From NCBI GenBank assembly GCA_965649825.1, contig OZ287710.1:425639-489638 (forward strand): a stretch of DNA of 64,000 nt, written 5' to 3'. Each line of letters starts with the position of its first letter. The stretch's first letter is position 1. The notes beneath the pieces are model-generated. The model saw only the letters and a list, made by a program, of their open reading frames with translations. It made no database searches and had not been told where the DNA came from. Below, piece by piece: positions 54,834 to 64,000 of the stretch. The DNA comes from Penicillus capitatus (taxonomy: Eukaryota; Plantae; Chlorophyta). Both the position numbers and the translations under genes were made by a program.

Positions 54834-57800
54834 ATGACGCCGGCGACACGGTCGAGCGAGGGCGGGGATGCGTCGGCGGGGTCGAGTGGATGCTGACGGA
54901 CCCTTGGTTGGCGACCGACGGCAGCGTGCTCGACCTGTGGCGCGGCCTTTCCGGATTCGACATTTCGGCACACTGCGGCCGACGGAGGGCCCACCGTCGG
55001 CAGTCTTCGACGCAGACGGGTGCGGGACGCCTCGGGACACACCGCGGATGCCAATCGGTGGAGGCTCGTTTGGCTCTGGGCGGTGTCGTACGGAGTTGAA
55101 ATCGTGGCGGTTACGTCGCATCAGGTGTAACCTGGCCTGTAAGTGACTCGCAGAAGTGCACGATGCCGCCGGCGACACGGTCGAGCGAGGGTGGGAATGT
55201 GTCGGCGGGGTCAAGTGGATGCGGACGGACCCTTGGTTGGAGCCCGACGGCGGCGTGCTCGACCTCTGGCGCGGCCTTTCCGGATTCGACATTTCGGCAG
55301 ATTGCGGCCCACGGAGGGCCCACCGTCGGCGGACTTCGACGCAGACGGGTGCGGGACGCCTCGGGACACACCGCGGATGCCAATCGGTGCAAGCTCGTTT
55401 GGCTCTGGGCGGTGTCGTACGGAGTTGAAATCGAGGCGGTTACGTCGCATCAGGTGTAACCTGGCCTGTCAGTACGATCTGGAAGTGCACGACGACGCCG
55501 GCGACACGGTCGAGCGAGGGTGGGGATGTGTCGGCGGGGTCGAGTGGATGCCGACGGACCCTTGGTTGGAGCCCGACGGCGGCGTGCTCGACCTGTGGCG
55601 CGGCCTTTCCGGATTCGACATTATGGCAAACCACGGCCGACGGAGGGCCCACCGTCGGCGGACTTCGACGCAGACGGGTGCGGGACGCCTCGGGACACGC
55701 CGCGGATGCCAATCGGTGGAGGCTCGTTTGGCTCTGGGCGGTGTCGCACTTGGTTGAAATCGAGGCCGTTACGTCGCATCAGGTGTAACCTGGCCTGTCA
55801 GTACGATCCGGAAGTGCACGACGACGCCGGCGACACGGTCGAGCGAGGGTGGGGATGTGTCGGCGGGGTCGAGTGGATGCCGACGGACCCTTGGTTGGAG
55901 CCCGACGGCGGCGTCCTCGGGCTGTGGCGCGGCCTTTCCGGATTCGACATTTCGGAACACTGCGGCCGACGGAGGGCCCACCGTCGGCGGACTTCGACGC
56001 AGACGGGTGCGGGACGTCTCGGGACACGCCGCGGATGCCAATCGGTGGAGGATCGTTTGGCTCTGGGCGGTGTCGTACGGAGTTGAAATCGTGGCGGTTA
56101 CGTCGCATCAGGTGTAACCTGGCCTGTCAGTGACTCGCAGAAGTGCACGACGACGCCGGCGACACGGTCGAGCGAGGGTTGGGATGTGTCGGCGGGGTCG
56201 AGTGGATGCCGACGGACCCTTGGTTGGAGCCCGACGGCGGCGTCCTCGGGCTGTGGCGCGGCCTTTCCGGATTCGACATTTCGGCACACTGCGGCCGACG
56301 GAGGGCCCACCGTCGGCAGTCTTCGACGCAGACGGGTGCGGGACGCCTCGGGACACGCCGCGGATGCCAATCGGTGGAGGCTCGTTTGGCTCTGGGCGGT
56401 GTCGCACTTGGTTGAAATCGTGGCCGTTACGTCGCATCAGGTGTAACCTGGCCTGTCAGTACGATCCGGAAGTGCACGACGACGCCGGCGACACGGTCCA
56501 GCGAGGGTGGGAATGTGTCGGCGGGGTCGAGTGGATGCGGACGGACCCTTGGTTGGAGCCCGACGGCGGCGTCCTCGGGCTGTGGCGCGGCGTTTCCGGA
56601 TTCGACATTTCGGCACACTGCGGCCGACGGAGGGCCCACCGTCGGCAGTCTTCGACGCAGACGGGTGCGGGACGCCTCGGGACACGCCGCGGATCCCAAT
56701 CGGTGGAGGCTCGTTTGGCTCTGGGCGGTGTCGCACTTGGTTGAAATCGTGGCGGTTACGTCGCATCAGCTGTAACCTGGCCTGTCAGTACGATCCGGAA
56801 GTGCACGACGACGCCGGCGACACGGTCGAGCGAGGGTGGGGATGTGTCGGCGGGGTCGAGTGGATGCCGACGGACCCTTGGTTGGAGCCCGACGGCGGCG
56901 TCCTCGGGCTGTGGCGCGGCGTTTCCGGATTCGACATTTCGGCACACTGCGGCACACGGAGGGCCCACCGTCGGCAGTCTTCGACGCAGACGGGTGCGGG
57001 ACGCCTCGGGACACGCCGCGGATGCCGATCGGTGCAAGCTCGTTTGGCTCTGGGCGGTGTCGTACGGAGTTGAAATCGTGGCGGTTACGTCGCATCAGGT
57101 GTAACCTGGCCTGTCAGTACGATCCGGAAGTGCACGACGACGCCGGCGACACGGTCGAGCGAGGGTGGGGATGTGTCGGCGGGGTCGAGTGGATGCCGAC
57201 GGACCCATGTTTGGCGACCGACGGCGGCGTCCTCGGGCTGTGGCGCGGCCTTTCCGGATTCGACATTTCGGCACACTACGGCCGACGGCGGGCCCACCGT
57301 CGGCAGTCTTCGACGCAGACGGGTGCGGGACGCCTCGGGACACACCTAGGATGCCGATCGGTGGAGGATCGTTTGGCTCTGGGCGGTGTCGTACTCGGTT
57401 GAAATCGTTGCCGTTACGTCGCATCAGGTGTAACCTGGCCTGTCAGTACGATCCGGAAGTGCACGACGACGCCGGCGACACGGTCGAGCGAGGGTGGGGA
57501 TGTGTCGGCGGGGTCGAGTGGATGCCGACGGACCCAAGTTTGGCGACCGACGGCGGCGTCCTCGGGCTGTGGCGCGGCCTTTCCGGATTCGACATTTCGG
57601 CACACTACGGCCGACGGCGGGCCCACCGTCGGCAGTCTTCGACGCAGACGGGTGCGGGACGCCTCGGGACACACCGCGGATGCCGATCACCGGAGGCTCG
57701 TTTGGCTCTGGGCGGTGTCGCACTTGGTTGAAATCGTGGCCGTTACGTCGCATCAGGTGTAACCTGGCCTGTCAGTACGATCCGGAAGTGCACGACGACG

Positions 57801-60800
57801 CCGGCGACACGGTCCAGCGAGGGTGGGAATGTGTCGGCGGGGTCGAGTGGATGCCGACGGACCCAAGTTTGGCGACCGACGGCGGCGTCCTCGGGCTGTG
57901 GCGCGGCGTTTCCGGATTCGACATTTCGGCACACTGCGGCCGACGGAGGGCCCACCGTCGGCGGACTTCGACGCAGACGGGTGCGGGACGCCTCGGGACA
58001 CGCCGCGGATGCCAATCGGTGGAGGCTCGTTTGGCTCTGGGCGGTGTCGCACTTGGTTGAAATCGAGGCCGTTACGTCGCATCAGGTGTAACCTGGCCTG
58101 TCAGTACGATCCGGAAGTGCACGACGACGCCGGCGACACGGTCGAGCGAGGGTGGGGATGTGTCGGCGGGGTCGAGTGGATGCCGACGGACCCTTGGTTG
58201 GAGCCCGACGGCGGCGTCCTCGGGCTGTGGCGCGGCGTTTCCGGATTCGACATTTCGGCACACTGCGGCACACGGAGGGCCCACCGTCGGCAGTCTTCGA
58301 CGCAGACGGGTGCGGGACGCCTCGGGACACGCCGCGGATGCCGATCGGTGCAAGCTCGTTTGGCTCTGGGCGGTGTCGTACGGAGTTGAAATCGTGGCGG
58401 TTACGTCGCATCAGGTGTAACCTGGCCTGTCAGTACGATCCGGAAGTGCACGACGACGCCGGCGACACGGTCGGGCGAGGGTGGGAATGTGTCGGCGGGG
58501 TCAAGTGGATGCCGACGGACCCTTGGTTGGAGCCCGACGGCGGCGTGCTCGACCTCTGGCGCGGCCTTTCCGGATTCGACATTTCGGCAGACTGCGGCCG
58601 ACGGAGGGCCGACCGTCGGCAGTCTTCGACGCAGACGGGTGCGGGACGCCTCGGGACACACCGCGGATGCCGATCGGTGGAGGTTCGTTTGGCTCTGGGC
58701 GGTGTCGTACTCGGTTGAAATCGAGGCGGTTACGTCGCATCAGGTGTAACCTGGCCTGTCAGTACGATCCGGAAGTGCACGACGACGCCGGCGACACGGT
58801 CGGGCGAGGGTGGGAATGTGTCGGCGGGGTCAAGTGGATGCGGACGGACCCTTGGTTGGAGCCCGACGGCGGCGTGCTCGACCTCTGGCGCGGCCTTTCC
58901 GGATTCGACATTTCGGCAGACTGCGGCCGACGGAGGGCCGACCGTCGGCAGTCTTCGACGCAGACGGGTGCGGGACGTCTCGGGACACACCGCGGATGCC
59001 GATCACCGGAGGCTCGTTTGGCTTTGGGCGGTGTCGTACTTGGTTGAAATCGTGGCGGTTACGTCGCATCAGGTGTAACCTGGCCTGTCAGTACGATCTG
59101 GAAGTGCACGATGACGCCGGCGACACGGTCCAGCGAGGGTGGGAATGTGTCGGCGGGGTCGAGTGGATGCCGACGGACCCTTGGTTGGAGCCCGACGGCG
59201 GCGTGCTCGGGCTGTGGCGCGGCCTTTCCGGATTCGACATTTCGGCACACTGCGGCCGACGGAGGGCCCACCGTCGGCAGACTACAACGCAGACGGGTGC
59301 GGGACGCCTCGGGACACGCCGCGGATGCCGATCGGTGCAAGCTCGTTTGGCTCTGGGCGGTGTCGCACTTGGTTGAAATCGAGGCCGTTACGTCGCATCA
59401 GGTGTAACCTGGCCTGTCAGTACGATCCGGAAGTGCACGACGACGCCGGCGACACGGTCCAGCGAGGGTGGGAATGTGTCGGCGGGGTCGAGTGGATGCC
59501 GACGGACCCTTGGTTGGAGCCCGACGGCGGCGTGCTCGGGCTGTGGCGCGGCCTTTCCGGATTCGACATTTCGGCACACTGCGGCACACGGAGGGCCCAC
59601 CGTCGGCAGACTACAACGCAGACGGGTGCGGGACGCCTCGGGACACACCGCGGATGCCGATCGGTGCAAGCTCGTTTGGCTCTGGGCGGTGTCGTACTTG
59701 GTTGAAATCGAGGCCGTTACGTCGCATCAGGTGTAACCTGGCCTGTCAGTACGATCTGGAAGTGCACGATGCCGCCGGCGACACGGTCGGGCGAGGGTGG
59801 GAATGTGTCGGCGGGGTCGAGTGGATGCCGACGGACCCTTGGTTGGAGCCCGACGGCGGCGTGCTCGGGCTGTGGCGCGGCCTTTCCGGATTCGACATTT
59901 CGGCAGACTGCGGCCGACGGAGGGCCCACCGTCGGCAGACTACAACGCAGACGGGTGCGGGACGTCTCGGGACACACCGCGGATGCCGATCGGTGGAGGT
60001 TCGTTTGGCTTTGGGCGGTGTCGTACTCGGTTGAAATCGAGGCGGTTACGTCGCATCAGGTGTAACCTGGCCTGTTAGTACGATCTGGAAGTGCACGATG
60101 CCGCCGGCGACACGGTCGGGCGAGGGTGGGAATGTGTCGGCGGGGTCAAGTGGATGCGGACGGACCCTTGGTTGGAGCCCGACGGCGGCGTGCTCGACCT
60201 CTGGCGCGGCCTTTCCGGATTCGACATTTCGGCAGACTGCGGCCGACGGAGGGCCGACCGTCGGCAGTCTTCGACGCAGACGGGTGCGGGACGTCTCGGG
60301 ACACACCGCGGATGCCGATCACCGGAGGCTCGTTTGGCTTTGGGCGGTGTCGTACTTGGTTGAAATCGTGGCGGTTACGTCGCATCAGGTGTAACCTGGC
60401 CTGTCAGTACGATCTGGAAGTGCACGATGACGCCGGCGACACGGTCCAGCGAGGGTGGGAATGTGTCGGCGGGGTCGAGTGGATGCCGACGGACCCTTGG
60501 TTGGAGCCCGACGGCGGCGTGCTCGGGCTGTGGCGCGGCCTTTCCGGATTCGACATTTCGGCAGATTGCGGCCGACGGAGGGCCCACCGTCGGCAGACTA
60601 CAACGCAGACGGGTGCGGGACGTCTCGGGACACACCGCGGATGCCGATCGGTGCAAGCTCGTTTGGCTTTGGGCGGTGTCGTACTTGGTTGAAATCGAGG
60701 CCGTTACGTCGCATCAGGTGTAACCTGGCCTGTCAGTACGATCTGGAAGTGCACGATGACGCCGGCGACACGGTCCAGCGAGGGTGGGAATGTGTCGGCG

Positions 60801-63800
60801 GGGTCGAGTGGATGCCGACGGACCCTTGGTTGGAGCCCGACGGCGGCGTGCTCGGGCTGTGGCGCGGCCTTTCCGGATTCGACATTTCGGCAGATTGCGG
60901 CCGACGGAGGGCCCACCGTCGGCAGACTACAACGCAGACGGGTGCGGGACGTCTCGGGACACACCGCGGATGCCGATCGGTGCAAGCTCGTTTGGCTTTG
61001 GGCGGTGTCGTACTTGGTTGAAATCGAGGCCGTTACGTCGCATCAGGTGTAACCTGGCCTGTCAGTACGATCTGGAAGTGCACGATGCCGCCGGCGACAC
61101 GGTCGGGCGAGGGTGGGAATGTGTCGGCGGGGTCGAGTGGATGCCGACGGACCCTTGGTTGGAGCCCGACGGCGGCGTGCTCGGGCTGTGGCGCGGCCTT
61201 TCCGGATTCGACATTTCGGCAGATTGCGGCCGACGGAGGGCCCACCGTCGGCAGACTACAACGCAGACGGGTGCGGGACGTCTCGGGACACACCGCGGAT
61301 GCCAATCGGTGGAGGCTCGTTTGGCTTTGGGCGGTGTCGTACGGAGTTGAAATCGAGGCCGTTACGTCGCATCAGGTGTAACCTGGCCTGTCAGTACGAT
61401 CTGGAAGTGCACGATGCCGCCGGCGACACGGTCGGGCGAGGGTGGGAATGTGTCGGCGGGGTCGAGTGGATGCCGACGGACCCTTGGTTGGAGCCCGACG
61501 GCGGCGTGCTCGGGCTGTGGCGCGGCCTTTCCGGATTCGACATTTCGGCAGATTGCGGCCGACGGAGGGCCCACCGTCGGCAGACTACAACGCAGACGGG
61601 TGCGGGACGTCTCGGGACACACCGCGGATGCCAATCGGTGGAGGCTCGTTTGGCTTTGGGCGGTGTCGTACGGAGTTGAAATCGAGGCCGTTACGTCGCA
61701 TCAGGTGTAACCTGGCCTGTCAGTACGATCCGGAAGTGCACGATGCCGCCGGCGACACGGTCGGGCGAGGGTGGGAATGTGTCGGCGGGGTCGAGTGGAT
61801 GCCGACGGACCCTTGGTTGGAGCCCGACGGCGGCGTGCTCGGGCTGTGGCGCGGCCTTTCCGGATTCGACATTTCGGCAGATTGCGGCCGACGGAGGGCC
61901 CACCGTCGGCAGACTACAACGCAGACGGGTGCGGGACGTCTCGGGACACACCGCGGATGCCAATCGGTGGAGGCTCGTTTGGCTTTGGGCGGTGTCGTAC
62001 GGAGTTGAAATCGTGGCCGTTACGTCGCATCAGGTGTAACCTGGCCTGTCAGTACGATCCGGAAGTGCACGACGACGCCGGCGACACGGTCGAGCGAGGG
62101 TGGGGATGTGTCGGCGGGGTCGAGTGGATGCCGACGGACCCTTGGTTGGCGACCGACGGCGGCGTGCTCGACCTGTGGCGCGGCCTTTCCGGATTCGACA
62201 TTTCGGCACACAGTGGCCCACGGAGGGCCGACCGTCGGCGGACTTCGACGCAGACGGGTGCGGGACGCCTCGGGACACACCGCGGATGCCAATCGGTGGA
62301 GGATCGTTTGGCTCTGGGCGGTGTCGTACGGAGTTGAAATCGTTGCCGTTACGTCGCATCAGGTGTAACCTGGCCTGTCAGTACGATCCGGAAGTGCACG
62401 ACGACGCCGGCGACACGGTCGAGCGAGGGTGGGGATGTGTCGGCGGGGTCGAGTGGATGCCGACGGACCCAAGTTTGGCGACCGACGGCGGCGTCCTCGG
62501 GCTGTGGCGCGGCCTTTCCGGATTCGACATTTCGGCACACTACGGCCGACGGCGGGCCCACCGTCGGCAGTCTTCGACGCAGACGGGTGCGGGACGTCTC
62601 GGGACACACCGCGGATGCCGATCACCGGAGGTTCGTTTGGCTTTGGGCGGTGTCGTACTTGGTTGAAATCGAGGCCGTTACGTCGCATCAGGTGTAACCT
62701 GGCCTGTCAGTACGATCTGGAAGTGCACGATGCCGCCGGCGACACGGTCGAGCGAGGGTGGGAATGTGTCGGCGGGGTCGAGTGGATGCCGACGGACCCT
62801 TGGTTGGAGCCCGACGGCGGCGTTCTCGGGCTGTGGCGCGGCCTTTCCGGATTCGACATTTCGGCAGATTGCGGCCGACGGAGGGCCCACCGTCGGCAAT
62901 CTTCGACGCAGACGGGTGCGGGACGTCTCGGGACACACCGCGGATGCCGATCGGTGGAGGTTCGTTTGGCTTTGGGCGGTGTCGTACTCGGTTGAAATCG
63001 AGGCGGTTACGTCGCATCAGGTGTAACCTGGCCTGTTAGTACGATCTGGAAGTGCACGATGCCGCCGGCGACACGGTCGGGCGAGGGTGGGAATGTGTCG
63101 GCGGGGTCAAGTGGATGCGGACGGACCCTTGGTTGGAGCCCGACGGCGGCGTGCTCGACCTCTGGCGCGGCCTTTCCGGATTCGACATTCGGCAGATTGC
63201 GGCCGACGTGGGCCCTCCGTCGGCAGACTACAACGCAGACGGGTGCGGACGTCTCGGGACACACCGCGGATGCCGATCGGTGCAAGCTCGTTGGCTTTGG
63301 GCGGTGTCGTACTCGGTTGAAATCGAGGCCGTTACGTCGCATCAGGTGTAACCTGGCCTGTCAGTACGATCTGGAAGTGCACGATGCCGCCGGCGACACG
63401 GTCAGGCGAGGGTGGGAATTGTCGGCGGGGTCGAGTGGATGCCGACGGACCTTGGTTGGAGCCGACGGCGGCGTGCTCGGGCTGTGGCGCGGCCTTTCCG
63501 GATTCGACATTTCGGCAGATTGCGGCCCACGGAGGCCCACCGTCGGCAATCTTCGACGCAGACGGGTGCGGGACGCCTCGGGACACACCGCGGATGCCGA
63601 TCACCGGAGGTTCGTTTGGCTCTGGGCGGTGTCGTACGGAGTTGAAATCGTGGCGGTTACGTCGCATCAGGTGTAACCTGGCCTGTCAGTGACTCGCAGA
63701 AGTGCACGACGACGCCGGCGACACGGTCGAGCGAGGGTTGGGATGTGTCGGCGGGGTCGAGTGGATGCCGACGGACCCTTGGTTGGCGACCGACGGCGGC

Positions 63801-64000
63801 GTCCTCGGGCTGTGGCGCGGCCTTTCCGGATTCGACATTTCGGCACACTGCGGCCGACGGAGGGCCACCGTCGGCAGTCTTCGACGCAGACGGGTGCGGG
63901 ACGTTTCGGGACACGCCGCGGATGCCAATCGGTGGAGGTTCGTTTGGCTTTGGGCGGTGTCGTACTTGGTTGAAATCGTGCGGTTACGTCGCATCAGGTG
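54834..64000. repeat. 329-bp tandem satellite, ~28 copies, continues past window end
   Basis: Equivalent positions recur every 329 nt (ORF starts 55520, 55849, ... 63087). GC-rich; roughly 45-50 CpG per unit by hand count. Unit core gttacgtcgcatcaggtgtaacctggcctgt. Confidence 0.98.

Noticed and set aside
54834-64000. Dozens of 80-205 aa ORFs on both strands (e.g. repeated 188-aa MGMCRRG...)
   Set aside because: Artefacts of a GC-rich 329-nt unit (not a multiple of 3); Arg/Gly/Pro-rich with no domain signal.
54834-64000. Hammerhead-ribozyme satellite or retrozyme (unit length resembles newt Sat2)
   Set aside because: The closest core is CTGATGCG on the minus strand, not CUGANGA, and no stem II-GAAA follows. 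An Infernal search would still be needed to exclude other ribozymes.
54834-64000. CRISPR array, 5S rDNA, snRNA or tRNA tandem array
   Set aside because: Units are similar along their whole length with no unique spacers; no 5S, U1 5' end, Sm-site or tRNA box motifs were recognised.
63170-64000. Shortened, more divergent satellite units near the window end
   Set aside because: Mostly single-base losses in short homopolymers, typical of low-coverage long-read consensus error.

Overview
Gene-dense nuclear DNA from a chlorophyte green alga. The evidence is nuclear-encoded plastid atpG, rpl33 and LPA2, an Alfin-domain gene, flagellar genes, ~45-60 nt introns and the standard genetic code; the lineage within Chlorophyta cannot be fixed from this window. 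Bases 1-54.3 kb hold about 22 apparently intact, tightly packed genes: PiT transporter, ELMOD, LDL3-like demethylase, BCP1, RPRD/CID, ELP3, Rtt106/SSRP1-like, atpG, Alfin, ASNSD1, an Rdx selenoprotein, rpl33, an unknown thylakoid-type protein, LPA2, PREPL/oligopeptidase B, MTFP1-like, NUP88, DRC1, RPA1, a GUP1-type MBOAT, IFT70, NDUFB8, SIK1 and a PP2C-kinase fusion. Several broken gene copies lie between them (DUF4079, PIPOX, Der/TypA chimera, ABHD, LRRC6), together with a decayed gag-protease retroelement. From 54.83 kb to the window end runs a GC/CpG-rich 329-bp tandem satellite (~28 copies, open-ended) with higher-order structure. Highlights: (1) a 99-aa CxxU selenoprotein missed by the ORF track, whose only SECIS candidate is unusually short and lacks the apical AA; (2) the satellite, which starts exactly where an LRRC6 fragment breaks off; (3) a pseudogene/retroelement island; (4) frequent GC-AG introns; (5) an Alfin protein with a Tudor-like domain instead of a PHD finger. 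All family assignments come from recalled motifs and manual translation and splicing; no database searches were run.
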